DNA from: Nemertoderma westbladi
Taxonomy: Eukaryota; Animalia; Xenacoelomorpha
Length of the DNA stretch: 64,000 bases
Assembly: GCA_032718475.1 (NCBI GenBank)
Contig: JAUCBJ010008823.1
Span: 19,828-83,827, forward strand
Reading direction: 5' to 3'
Below, in pieces: positions 12,501-26,000 of this stretch. The notes below the pieces were generated by a model, which did no database searches, was not told the origin of the DNA, and saw nothing but the letters and a program-made list of their open reading frames with translations. Made by a program: the position numbers and the translations under genes. Every line of letters begins with the position of its first letter. Within the stretch, counting starts at the first letter, position 1.

Positions 12501-15500
12501 GAACAAAATCATTGGATAGTGCCAAGGTAAGTGAGTTCTTTTAGTTGACGCTAGGTGGAACAAAATCATTGGATATTGCCAAGGAAAGTGAGTTCTTTTA
12601 GTTGACGCTAGGTGGAACAAAATCATCGGATATTGCCAAGGTAAGTGAGTTCTTTTAGTTGACGCTAGGTGGAACAAAATCATTGGATATTGCCAAGGAA
12701 AGTGAGTTCTTTTAGTTGACGCTAGGTGGAACAAAATCATTGGATATTGCCAAGGTAAGTGAGTTCTTTTAGTTGACGCTAGGTGGAACAAAATCATTGG
12801 ATAGTGCCAAGGTAAGTGAGTTCTTTTAGTTGACGCTAGGTGGAACAAAATCATTGGATATTGCCAAGGTAAGTGAGTTCTTTTAGTTGACGCTAGGTGG
12901 AACAAAATCATTGGATAGTGCCAAGGTAAGTGAGTTCTTTTAGTTGACGCTAGGTGGAACAAAATCATTGGATATTGCCAAGGAAAGTGAGTTCTTTTAG
13001 TTGACGCTAGGTGGAACAAAATCATTGGATATTGCCAAGGAAAGTGAGTTCTTTTAGTTGACGCTAGGTGGAACAAAATCATTGGATATTGCCAAGGTAA
13101 GTGAGTTCTTTTAGTTGACGCTAGGTGGAACAAAATCATTGGATATTGCCAAGGTAAGTGAGTTCTTTTAGTTGACGCTAGGTGGAACAAAATCATCGGA
13201 TATTGCCAAGGTAAGTGAGTTCTTTTAGTTGACGCTAGGTGGAACAAAATCATTGGATAGTGCCAAGGTAAGTGAGTTCTTTTAGTTGACGCTAGGTGGA
13301 ACAAAATCATTGGATATTGCCAAGGAAAGTGAGTTCTTTTAGTTGACGCTAGGTGGAACAAAATCATCGGATATTGCCAAGGAAAGTGAGTTCTTTTAGT
13401 TGACGCTAGGTGGAACAAAATCATTGGATATTGCCAAGGTAAGTGAGTTCTTTTAGTTGACGCTAGGTGGAACAAAATCATTGGATATTGCCAAGGAAAG
13501 TGAGTTCTTTTAGTTGACGCTAGGTGGAACAAAATCATTGGATATTGCCAAGGTAAGTGAGTTCTTTTAGTTGACGCTAGGTGGAACAAAATCATTGGAT
13601 AGTGCCAAGGTAAGTGAGTTCTTTTAGTTGACGCTAGGTGGAACAAAATCATTGGATATTGCCAAGGAAAGTGAGTTCTTTTAGTTGACGCTAGGTGGAA
13701 CAAAATCATTGGATATTGCCAAGGTAAGTGAGTTCTTTTAGTTGACGCTAGGTGGAACAAAATCATTGGATATTGCCAAGGTAAGTGAGTTCTTTTAGTT
13801 GACGCTAGGTGGAACAAAATCATTGGATATTGCCAAGGAAAGTGAGTTCTTTTAGTTGACGCTAGGTGGAACAAAATCATTGGATATTGCCAAGGTAAGT
13901 GAGTTCTTTTAGTTGACGCTAGGTGGAACAAAATCATTGGATATTGCCAAGGTAAGTGAGTTCTTTTAGTTGACGCTAGGTGGAACAAAATCATTGGATA
14001 TTGCCAAGGAAAGTGAGTTCTTTTAGTTGACGCTAGGTGGAACAAAATCATTGGATATTGCCAAGGTAAGTGAGTTCTTTTAGTTGACGCTAGGTGGAAC
14101 AAAATCATTGGATATTGCCAAGGAAAGTGAGTTCTTTTAGTTGACGCTAGGTGGAACAAAATCATTGGATATTGCCAAGGAAAGTGAGTTCTTTTAGTTG
14201 ACGCTAGGTGGAACAAAATCATTGGATAGTGCCAAGGTAAGTGAGTTCTTTTAGTTGACGCTAGGTGGAACAAAATCATTGGATATTGCCAAGGTAAGTG
14301 AGTTCTTTTAGTTGACGCTAGGTGGAACAAAATCATTGGATATTGCCAAGGTAAGTGAGTTCTTTTAGTTGACGCTAGGTGGAACAAAATCATTGGATAG
14401 TGCCAAGGTAAGTGAGTTCTTTTAGTTGACGCTAGGTGGAACAAAATCATTGGATATTGCCAAGGATAAGTGAGTTCTTTTAGTTGACGCTAGGTGGAAC
14501 AAAATCATTGGATATTGCCAAGGAAAGTGAGTTCTTTTAGTTGACGCTAGGTGGAACAAAATCATTGGATAGTGCCAAGGTAAGTGAGTTCTTTTAGTTG
14601 ACGCTAGGTGGAACAAAATCATTGGATATTGCCAAGGTAAGTGAGTTCTTTTAGTTGACGCTAGGTGGAACAAAATCATTGGATATTGCCAAGGAAAGTG
14701 AGTTCTTTTAGTTGACGCTAGGTGGAACAAAATCATTGGATAGTGCCAAGGTAAGTGAGTTCTTTTAGTTGACGCTAGGTGGAACAAAATCATTGGATAT
14801 TGCCAAGGAAAGTGAGTTCTTTTAGTTGACGCTAGGTGGAACAAAATCATTGGATAGTGCCAAGGTAAGTGAGTTCTTTTAGTTGACGCTAGGTGGAACA
14901 AAATCATTGGATATTGCCAAGGTAAGTGAGTTCTTTTAGTTGACGCTAGGTGGAACAAAATCATTGGATATTGCCAAGGTAAGTGAGTTCTTTTAGTTGA
15001 CGCTAGGTGGAACAAAATCATTGGATATTGCCAAGGTAAGTGAGTTCTTTTAGTTGACGCTAGGTGGAACAAAATCATTGGATATTGCCAAGGTAAGTGA
15101 GTTCTTTTAGTTGACGCTAGGTGGAACAAAATCATTGGATAGTGCCAAGGTAAGTGAGTTCTTTTAGTTGACGCTAGGTGGAACAAAATCATTGGATATT
15201 GCCAAGGTAAGTGAGTTCTTTTAGTTGACGCTAGGTGGAACAAAATCATTGGATAGTGCCAAGGTAAGTGAGTTCTTTTAGTTGACGCTAGGTGGAACAA
15301 AATCATTGGATATTGCCAAGGTAAGTGAGTTCTTTTAGTTGACGCTAGGTGGAACAAAATCATTGGATATTGCCAAGGTAAGTGAGTTCTTTTAGTTGAC
15401 GCTAGGTGGAACAAAATCATTGGATATTGCCAAGGTAAGTGAGTTCTTTTAGTTGACGCTAGGTGGAACAAAATCATTGGATATTGCCAAGGTAAGTGAG

Positions 15501-18500
15501 TTCTTTTAGTTGACGCTAGGTGGAACAAAATCATTGGATAGTGCCAAGGTAAGTGAGTTCTTTTAGTTGACGCTAGGTGGAACAAAATCATTGGATATTG
15601 CCAAGGAAAGTGAGTTCTTTTAGTTGACGCTAGGTGGAACAAAATCATCGGATATTGCCAAGGTAAGTGAGTTCTTTTAGTTGACGCTAGGTGGAACAAA
15701 ATCATTGGATATTGCCAAGGTAAGTGAGTTCTTTTAGTTGACGCTAGGTGGAACAAAATCATTGGATATTGCCAAGGAAAGTGAGTTCTTTTAGTTGACG
15801 CTAGGTGGAACAAAATCATTGGATATTGCCAAGGTAAGTGAGTTCTTTTAGTTGACGCTAGGTGGAACAAAATCATTGGATATTGCCAAGGTAAGTGAGT
15901 TCTTTTAGTTGACGCTAGGTGGAACAAAATCATTGGATATTGCCAAGGTAAGTGAGTTCTTTTAGTTGACGCTAGGTGGAACAAAATCATTGGATAGTGC
16001 CAAGGTAAGTGAGTTCTTTTAGTTGACGCTAGGTGGAACAAAATCATTGGATATTGCCAAGGAAAGTGAGTTCTTTTAGTTGACGCTAGGTGGAACAAAA
16101 TCATCGGATATTGCCAAGGTAAGTGAGTTCTTTTAGTTGACGCTAGGTGGAACAAAATCATTGGATATTGCCAAGGAAAGTGAGTTCTTTTAGTTGACGC
16201 TAGGTGGAACAAAATCATTGGATATTGCCAAGGTAAGTGAGTTCTTTTAGTTGACGCTAGGTGGAACAAAATCATTGGATATTGCCAAGGTAAGTGAGTT
16301 CTTTTAGTTGACGCTAGGTGGAACAAAATCATTGGATAGTGCCAAGGTAAGTGAGTTCTTTTAGTTGACGCTAGGTGGAACAAAATCATTGGATATTGCC
16401 AAGGAAAGTGAGTTCTTTTAGTTGACGCTAGGTGGAACAAAATCATCGGATATTGCCAAGGTAAGTGAGTTCTTTTAGTTGACGCTAGGTGGAACAAAAT
16501 CATTGGATATTGCCAAGGAAAGTGAGTTCTTTTAGTTGACGCTAGGTGGAACAAAATCATCGGATATTGCCAAGGTAAGTGAGTTCTTTTAGTTGACGCT
16601 AGGTGGAACAAAATCATTGGATATTGCCAAGGTAAGTGAGTTCTTTTAGTTGACGCTAGGTGGAACAAAATCATTGGATAGTGCCAAGGTAAGTGAGTTA
16701 TTTTAGTTGACGCTAGGTGGAACAAAATCATTGGATATTGCCAAGGAAAGTGAGTTCTTTTAGTTGACGCTAGGTGGAACAAAATCATCGGATATTGCCA
16801 AGGTAAGTGAGTTCTTTTAGTTGACGCTAGGTGGAACAAAATCATTGGATATTGCCAAGGAAAGTGAGTTCTTTTAGTTGACGCTAGGTGGAACAAAATC
16901 ATTGGATATTGCCAAGGTAAGTGAGTTCTTTTAGTTGACGCTAGGTGGAACAAAATCATTGGATAGTGCCAAGGTAAGTGAGTTCTTTTAGTTGACGCTA
17001 GGTGGAACAAAATCATTGGATATTGCCAAGGTAAGTGAGTTCTTTTAGTTGACGCTAGGTGGAACAAAATCATTGGATAGTGCCAAGGTAAGTGAGTTCT
17101 TTTAGTTGACGCTAGGTGGAACAAAATCATTGGATATTGCCAAGGAAAGTGAGTTCTTTTAGTTGACGCTAGGTGGAACAAAATCATCGGATATTGCCAA
17201 GGTAAGTGAGTTCTTTTAGTTGACGCTAGGTGGAACAAAATCATTGGATATTGCCAAGGAAAGTGAGTTCTTTTAGTTGACGCTAGGTGGAACAAAATCA
17301 TCGGATATTGCCAAGGTAAGTGAGTTCTTTTAGTTGACGCTAGGTGAAACAAAATCATTGGATATTGCCAAGGTAAGTGAGTTCTTTTAGTTGACGCTAG
17401 GTGGAACAAAATCATTGGATATTGCCAAGGAAAGTGAGTTCTTTTAGTTGACGCTAGGTGAAACAAAATCATTGGATATTGCCAAGGTAAGTGAGTTCTT
17501 TTAGTTGACGCTAGGTGAAACAAAATTATTGGATATTGCCAAGGTAAGTGAGTTCTTTTAGTTGACGCTAGGTGAAACAAAATCATTGGATATTGCCAAG
17601 GTAAGTGAGATCTTTTAGTTGACGCTAGGTGGAACAAAATCATCGGATATTGCCAAGATAAGTGAGTTCTTTTAGTTGACGCTAGGTGGAACAAAATCAT
17701 TGGATATTGCCAAGGTAAGTGAGTTCTTTTAGTTGACGCTAGGTGAAACAAAATCATTGGATATTGCCAAGGTAAGTGAGTTCTTTTAGTTGACGCTAGG
17801 TGGAACAAAATCATTGGATATTGCCAAGGTAAGTGAGTTCTTTTAGTTGACGCTAGGTGAAACAAAATCATTGGATATTGCCAAGGTAAGTGAGTTCTTT
17901 TAGTTGACGCTAGGTGAAACAAAATCATTGGATATTGCCAAGGTAAGTGAGTTCTTTTAGTTGACGCTAGGTGGAACAAAATCATTGGATATTGCCAAGG
18001 TAAGTGAGTTCTTTTAGTTGACGCTAGGTGAAACAAAATCATTGGATATTGCCAAGGTAAGTGAGTTCTTTTAGTTGACGCTAGGTGAAACAAAATCATT
18101 GGATATTGCCAAGGTAAGTGAGTTCTTTTAGTTGACGCTAGGTGGAACAATTTCATTGGATATTGCCAAGGTAAGTGAGTTCTTTTAGTTGACGCTAGGT
18201 GAAACAAAATCATTGGATATTGCCAAGGTAAGTGAGTTCTTTTAGTTGACGCTAGGTGGAACAAAATCATTGGATATTGCCAAGGTAAGTGAGTTCTTTT
18301 AGTTGACGCTAGGTGGAACAAAATCATCGGATATTGCCAAGATAAGTGAGTTATTTTAGTTGACGCTAGGTGGAACAAAATAATTGGATATTGCCAAGGT
18401 AAGTGAGTTCTTTTAGTTGACGCTAGGTGGAACAAAATCATTGGATATTGCCAAGGTAAGTGAGTTCCTTTAGTTGACGCTAGGTGGAACAAAATCATTG

Positions 18501-20490
18501 GATATTGCCAAGGTAAGTGAGTTCTTTTAGTTGACGCTAGGATGTGGAAAATCATTGGATATTGCCAAGGTAAGTGAGTTCTTTTAGTTGACGCTAGGTG
18601 GAACAAAATCATTGGATATTGCCAAGGTAAGTGAGTTCTTTTAGTTGACGCTAGGTGGAACAAAATCATTGGATATTGCCAAGGTAAGAAGTGAGTTCTT
18701 TTAGTTGACGCTAGGTGGAACAAAATCATTGGATATTGCCAAGGTAAGTGAGTTCATTTAGTTGACGCTAGGTGGAACAAAATCATTGGATATTGCCAAG
18801 GAAAGTGAGTTCATTTAGTTGACGCTAGGTGGAACAAAATCATTGGATATTGCCAAGGTAAGTGAGTTCTTTTAGTTGACGCTAGGATGTGGAAAATCAT
18901 TGGATATTGCCAAGGTAAGTGAGTTCTTTTAGTTGACGCTAGGTGGAACAAAATCATTGGATATTGCCAAGGTAAGTGAGTTCTTTTAGTTGACGCTAGG
19001 TGAAACAAAATCATTGGATATTGCCAAGGTAAGTGAGTTCTTTTAGTTGACGCTAGGTGGAACAAAATCATTGGATATTGCCAAGGTAAGTGAGTTCTTT
19101 TAGTTGACGCTAGGTGAAACAAAATCATTGGATATTGCCAAGGTAAGTGAGTTCTTTTAGTTGACGCTAGGTGGAACAAAATCATTGGATATTGCCAAGG
19201 TAAGTGAGTTCTTTTAGTTGACGCTAGGTGGAACAAAATCATTGGATATTGCCAAGGTAAGTGAGTTCATTTAGTTGACGCTAGGTGGAACAAAATCATT
19301 GGATATTGCCAAGGAAAGTGAGTTCATTTAGTTGACGCTAGGTGGAACAAAATCATTGGATATTGCCAAGGTAAGTGAGTTCTTTTAGTTGACGCTAGGA
19401 TGTGGAAAATCATTGGATATTGCCAAGGTAAGTGAGTTCTTTTAGTTGACGCTAGGTGGAACAAAATCATTGGATATTGCCAAGGTAAGTGAGTTCTTTT
19501 AGTTGACGCTAGGATGTGGAAAATCATTGGATATTGCCAAGGTAAGTGAGTTCTTTTAGTTGACGCTAGGTGGAACAAAATCATTGGATATTGCCAAGGT
19601 AAGTGAGTTCTTTTAGTTGACGCTAGGTGGAACAAAATCATTGGATATTGCCAAGGTAAGTGAGTTCTTTTAGTTGACGCTAGGTGGAACAAAATCATTG
19701 GATATTGCCAAGGTAAGTGAGTTCTTTTAGTTGACGCTAGGTGGAACAAAATCATTCGATATTGCCAAGGTAAGTGAGTTCTTTTAGTTGACGCTAGGTG
19801 GAACAAAATCATTGGATATTGCCAAGGTAAGTGAGTTCTTTTATTTGACGCTAGGTGGAACAAATTCATTGGATATTGCCAAAGAAAGTGAGTTCTTTTA
19901 TTTGACGCTAGGTGGAACAAAATCATTGGATATTGCCAAGGTAAGTGAGTTCTTTTAGTTGACGCTAGGTGGAACAAAATCATTGGATATTGCCAAGGTA
20001 AGTGAGTTCTTTTAGTTGACGCTAGGTGGAACAAAATCATTGGATATTGCCAAGGTAAGTGAGTTCTTTTAGTTGACGCTAGGTGGAACAAAATCATTGG
20101 ATATTGCCAAGGTAAGTGAGTTCTTTTATTTGACGCTAGGTGGAACAAATTCATTGGATATTGCCAAAGAAAGTGAGTTCTTTTATTTGACGCTAGGTGG
20201 AACAAAATCATTGGATATTGCCAAGGTAAGTGAGTTCTTTTATTTGACGCTAGGTGGAACAAATTCATTGTATATTGCCAAAGAAAGTGAGTTCTTTTAT
20301 TTGACGCTAGGTGGAACAAAATCATTGGATATTGCCAAGGAAAGTGAGTTCTTTTAGTTGACGCTAGGTGGAACAAAATCATTGGATATTGCCAAGATAA
20401 GTGAGTTCTTTTAGTTGACGCTAGGGTGGGCAAAATCATTGGAATTGCCCAGACATTGCCGAGGCCCGAGGTAAGTAATATCTTTTAGTT
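6506..20490. repeat. 57-bp tandem array (~245 units, ~14 kb) spanning the exon A/intron junction
   Basis: Unit acgctaggtggaacaaaatcattggatattgccaaggtaagtgagttcttttagttg. The first copy lies in the exon and the last copies degenerate at ~20425-20490. Confidence 0.98.
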
Positions 20491-20559
20491 AGAATGGGCA
20501 AAATAATTGTTATAGAAAGGCCAGATATAAAATACAGAACAGAATAATTAATGCACATT

Positions 20560-20935
20560 TAAATAATAATAAAATACATGACATAATACAATTAACGAAC
20601 AAAGCAACACAAAAACAGCACTGACAATGGGAAACAACAAAGAGTTAAAATTCGTCTGCCAGTCCAACACCGCGCAGACCCACCCCGTCACCAAATCCGA
20701 GAGCCCGCCAAGACCGACGTCCCCCTCGGAGGCAGAGGGAGTTGGACCGGAGGAGCGCGAACTGCAGCCGCCGGCGAACACCCCCCAGAACGCACGCGAG
20801 GCCCCTCTCTCTCATACCATCCCGCCTCGACACAAGTGTCTCGGCGAGTTGGCGGATTAGGATCTGGGCCTCATCGCACCATACTCCATCAGTGGTGCCG
20901 ACCAATGGGGTGAACGCCATCCTCCGGTCCTCGCA
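20560..20935 (-). mobile_element. 5'-truncated CRE-like non-LTR retrotransposon, 3' end
   Basis: FTPLVGTTDGVWCDEAQILIRQLAETL...VRRRLQFALLRSNSLCLRG resembles the C-terminal restriction-like endonuclease tail of CRE-clade elements. GC-rich island followed by a T-rich 3' UTR. Confidence 0.6.
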
Positions 20936-21052
20936 AAATAATTGGATATTACCAATATTAACTTCAAGGTTTTAGTTGATGCTTGGTATATGTAATAACA
21001 TAAACATTTTTATAATTATAATTAAAAAATAAATAAACAACAATCTTTACAG

Positions 21053-21409
21053 GTTTTAACGTGTTGGCGGCCCTGATACTTGAGATTGTTGACCGCAGTG
21101 AGACCGACGCGCTAAAGGTGATGATCTACCTCATCGACAACGTTCTCCCTGCCAACTACTTCAGCAACAACCTCCGCGCTCTCTCCGTCGACATGGCTGT
21201 CTTCCGGGATCTCCTGCAGGATAAACTCCCCGAACTGAGCGGCCATCTGGAGACCCTGCAACGCCGATCCAACGCCTCCTGCTGCACTCCAACGAGCTAC
21301 GAACCCCCGCTCACCAACGTATTCACCATGCAGTGGTTTCTAACGCTATTCGCTACTTGTCTCCCAAAGTCTACCGTTTTGCGGGTTTGGGATTCCATTT
21401 TACTAGAAG
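21053..21409 (+). CDS. TBC1D30: TBC1D30-like exon B
   Basis: Acceptor tttacag at 21052 joins in phase to give YCQ-G-FNVLAALILE. Encodes LSVDMAVFRDLL and YEPPLTNVFTMQWFLTLFATCLP. Donor G|GTCAGT at 21409/21410. Confidence 0.9.
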
Positions 21410-21531
21410 GTCAGTTTACTTAGATTTATTTTAACTATTAGTGCTGCAGCTGCACAAATTACACATGTTACCTATTTACTCAGCATTTCTTCCTAGGAAT
21501 CCCCTTATGATTAATAGTTTAGTTTAGTTAA

Positions 21532-21902
21532 CTAAATAAGTCATTGAGGGCTATAGCGCCTAGGGCACCATTGAAGGCAAAGGCTTGATACGCATCTGCA
21601 TTAGAGATGATACACGCCCCGCCCTGTCTATACTGGATGCTCCTCTACCAGTGTTAGGTAACCTAACCCAGGAGGCCACTTGGTTCATGGTGTAACAAAT
21701 GGACCCCTACAGTCGGCAGCAGGGCTGTAGGCCGTGGATAGGCGGAAGGTAATCAACCAACGGCTAGACATGCTGACAAGGTCGGCGGAAGGTAATCAAC
21801 CAACGGCGATCCACTGCGAAGACGCTTGTAGGAGTTGCGACCACAAGCGGTTTACTCCCGCAACTGAAAGATATTGTCCGAGTTCGCTCGACCTAGTAGT
21901 AG
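21532..21902 (+). mobile_element. Short retroposon (SINE or LINE deletion derivative) with (TAG)n tail
   Basis: Flanked by tagtttagttaa direct repeats (21520-21531, 21903-21914). Ends ...cgctcgacc(tag)n and has an internal 24-bp duplication. Confidence 0.45.
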
Positions 21903-22851
21903 TAGTTTAGTTAATAGTAAACGTTAAAAAAACAGTTTTGGAAGGAGACCACCACAAGGCTCACGGCACTTACAGTGTAGGTTAGAGTAAAATAGTACTT
22001 TATTAAGACAAACATTTACAATACAATACAATTATATAAAATACGATCTCTCACGGACGAAGTAAATAACGGTCAATAAAATAAAGTAAAAAAAAGTGCT
22101 CTAAAAAATGTAGGTCAGTAAAATGCAAATATTGTAGATACTGTAGTTCTTGGGTTATTTATCGGAACAATAACAATGAGGTAGTTAAAAAAATTCCTGA
22201 GCCACGACGAGTAATTAAATCGCATTTAAGTAAAACGAAAGGCAGTGACTTAAAAAGTTGTTTAGTCAGTTTTACCACCCAGCTGCTTATCACTCTCGGG
22301 TTCCCGATTTTCGGGACCGGGATTGCAATTTTGGATTAAATTCCTTAAAGTTATTATTATATGTGGCGGGTTTTGGGTAACACTCACTTTATCTTAAAGT
22401 CCTAAAATATTAGTAAGATAAAGTTATATTAAAATTATTTTGCAATTGATTACTGGATGGTTTACTGACATAAAAATTATTTCTAATATATAAATTTCCG
22501 TTCTGTTGGAACTATTTATCAGATTGTTCAAGAAATTTACTTTCAACTATCTTCCGGATCCCGGCCCAAATAAGTTGGGATCGGGATCGGAACCGGGTTT
22601 GCTTTTTTTGCCGCGATCCCGGTTTTTCGGGATCGGGATCCTGTTTAAACTAGTCTCTATACCAACAAATCGTTCTAATGGCTTTACTAAACTTAGAGAA
22701 GCATTAGTTTGCGAAATAAAGAAGTTAGTTTAATTGGCGCGGGAAACAGTATACTGTAAACATAATTCCTATTTATTCCATGTTCTTAATTTTAATTATT
22801 ATTCTATTCATGTTCTAAGGGAGATTGAAAGAAACTTTTATTACCTCACAG

Positions 22852-23942
22852 GTTCCGAGGTTCTCCTCAGGGTGGCGCTGGCGATTTGGGCGCGATTGGG
22901 CGAGCGAATCATCGTCGTCCAATCAGCTGATGAGTTCTACTCGATCATGGGGGTTCTGGCCAATGAGATGCTCCATCTTAACCTAATGCCTGGGGAGGAA
23001 CTCTTGCACACGATCTACAACATGGCGGGATTCCCTTATCCAACGCTAAACGAGCTGCGCGAGAAGTACACGTACAATATAACTCCTTTTAGTAACAAAC
23101 GGAGCAGTCAATCGGCAACCGTTGCCGCGTCTACCACCGTTGCTAAGCAGCACGCGGAGTTAGCGGAAGACGATTTGATGGTTTCGTGTTTCGCCGGTAT
23201 GCTACTCCCCGGGTTCGGTCGGAGCGCGCCAAGCAGACCGGAGACAGCGCGCAACGCGGACGCCGCCGACGTCGGACAGGCGAGTCCGGGGGCGTACGCC
23301 TCCAGCGGCGAGAGTGTGAGCGAGAGAACCGCGCCGATGGAACGCATGAGCACCGATATAAACGCCCTGCAGAAACAGTACGGGAAGATACAGAAGCGAC
23401 AACGTCAAGTGCAGGTCTGCTACGATAAGCGGAACAACGATTGGGTTGCCGCCAGTAGGTTTCCCGATCGGGCTAGCCGGTTGCCAGATCGGGTTAATTT
23501 GTTGCAGCATCGGGGTAATACGATGCCGGATCGGGCAGACTCTGGGAGTCCTCTAAACGCGTCGCTCGCCGTCAATCATTTGTTTTTAGGGAATAGGGTG
23601 CGTAGCAACGGCGAGATAAAAATGCGTTGCGCCACTATCGATTACTCGAATAATGTTCTCAACCATCTCAAACTCAAAGCGCCGGTCAGCGTGGAGTCGT
23701 TGAACGCCGCGAAACGAACGCGATGGAAAGGCGACGGGGACGAGTCAACGAGACGGCGACACTCCGCTAGTCGGCGTGCACAGAGAGGCAATAAAGAGGG
23801 TTGCTCGGCAACCGATAAGGTCTCTACAGACCCCAACAGAAACCCCGGTCGTTCCTTGTCTTTAGCTATTAAATACACGCAACTCAAACCCAATATTAAA
23901 CCCAATATCGGTATTAATGGCCTCCCCTACTTTAATAGTTAA
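22852..23942 (+). CDS. TBC1D30: TBC1D30-like terminal exon C
   Basis: Acceptor ctcacag at 22851 gives in-phase LE-G-SEVLLRVALAIW. Encodes LREKYTYNITPF and MSTDINALQKQY. Stop TAA at 23940-23942. Confidence 0.85.
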
Positions 23943-23959
23943 TCATCGGGATACAGGAT

Positions 23960-26000
23960 ACTAAACTTTAGCTATGCTAACACTGAACTTTAGCTATGCT
24001 AACACTGAACTTTAGCTATGTCATCACTGAACTTTAGCTATGTCATCACTGAACTTTAGCTATGCTAACACTAAACTTTAGCTATGTTATCACTGAACTT
24101 TAGCTATGCTAACACTGAACTTTAGCTATGTTATCACTGAACTTTAGCTATGTTATCACTGAACTTTAGCTATGCTAACACTGAACTTTAGCTATGTTAT
24201 CACTGAACTTTAGCTATGTTATCACTGAACTTTAGCTATGCTATCACTGAACTTTAGCTATGCTAACACTGAACTTTAGCTATGCTAACACTGAACTTTA
24301 GCTATTTTATCACTGAACTTTAGGTATGCTATCACTGAACTTTAGCTATGCTAACACTGAACTTTAGCTATGCTAACACTGAACTTTAGCTATTTTATCA
24401 CTGAACTTTAGCTATGCTATCACTGAACTTTAGCTATGCTAACACTGAACTTTAGCTATGCTAACACAAACTTTAGCTATGTTATCACTGAACTTTAGCT
24501 ATGCTATCTCTAAACGTTAGCTATGCTAACACTGAACTTCAGCTATGCTAACACTGAACTTTAGCTATGTTATCACTGAACTTTAGCTATGTTATCACTG
24601 AACTTTAGCTATGCTATCACTGAACTTTAGCTATGCTAACACTGAACTTTAGCTATGCTAACACTGAACTTTAGCTATTTTATCACTGAACTTTAGCTAT
24701 GTTATAACTGAACTTTAGCTATGCTATCACTGAACTTTAGCTATGCTAACACTGAACTTTAGCTATGCTAACACTGAACTTTAGCTATTTTATCACTGAA
24801 CTTTAGCTATGCTAACACTGAACTTTAGCTATTTTATCACTGAACTTTAGCTATGCTATCACTGAACTTTAGCTATGCTAACACTGAACTTTAGCTATGC
24901 TAACACAAACTTTAGCTATGTTATCACTGAACTTTAGCTATGTTATCACTGAACTTTAGCTATGCTAACACTGAACTTTAGCTATTTTATCACTGAACTT
25001 TAGCTATGCTATCACTGAACTTTAGCTATGCTATCACTGAACTTTAGCTATGCTAACACTGAACTTTAGCTATTTTATCACTGAACTTTAGCTATGCTAT
25101 CACTGAACTTTAGCTATGCTATCACTGAACTTTAGCTATGCTACCACTGAACTTTAGCTATGCTAACACTAAACTTTAGCTATGTTATCACTGAACTTTA
25201 GCTATGTTATCACTGAACTTTAGCTATGCTAACACTGAACTTTAGCTATGCTAACACTGAACTTTAGCTATGCTATTACTGAACTTTAGCTATGCTACCA
25301 CTGAACTTTAGCTATGTCATCACTGAACTTTAGCTATGCTAACACTAAACTTTAGCTATGTTATCACTGAACTTTTGCTATGCTAACACTGAACGTTAGC
25401 TATGCTAACACTAAACTTTAGCTATGCTAACACTAAACTTTAGCTATGTTATCACTGAACTTTAGCTATGCTAATACTGAACTTTAGCTATGCTAACACT
25501 AAACTTTAGCTATGCTAACACTAAACTTTAGCTATGTTATCACTGAACTTTAGCTATGCTAACACTAAACTTTAGCTATGCTATCGCTGAACTTTAGCTA
25601 TGCTAACACTGAACTTTAGCTATGCTAACACTGAACTTTAGCTATGCTAACACTGAACTTTAGCTATGTTATCACTGAACTTTAGCCATGCTATCACTGA
25701 ACTTTAGCTATGCTAACACTGAACTTTAGCTATGCTAACACTGAACTTTAGCTATGTTATCACTGAACTTTTAGCTATGTTATCACTGAACTTTAGCTAT
25801 GCTATCACTGAACTTTAGCTATGCTAACACTGAACTTTAGCTATGTTATCACTGAACTTTAGCTATTTTATCACTGAACTTTAGCTATGCTATCACTGAA
25901 CTTTAGCTATGCTAACACTGAACTTTAGCTATGCTAATACTGAACTTTAGCCAAGCTAACACTGAACTTTAGCTATGCTAACACTGAACTTTAGCTATGT
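23960..26000. repeat. 22-bp minisatellite (~93 units)
   Basis: Unit actgaactttagctatg(c/t)ta(a/t)c, starting 17 bp after the TBC1D30 stop codon. Confidence 0.95.

Noticed and set aside
6504-20439. Minus-strand ORFs of up to 1442 aa (MILFHLASTKRTHLPWQYP)n
   Set aside because: Expected by-product of a 57-bp unit with one stop-free frame. The unit derives from the plus-strand exon/intron junction, and the frame is broken by stops and an indel.
22290-22650. Possible MITE with cgggatcccg motifs
   Set aside because: Could not define terminal inverted repeats or a TSD.
6506-26000. CRISPR-like array interpretation of the 57-bp and 22-bp repeats
   Set aside because: Units are contiguous with no unique spacers, there are no cas genes, and the context is eukaryotic.
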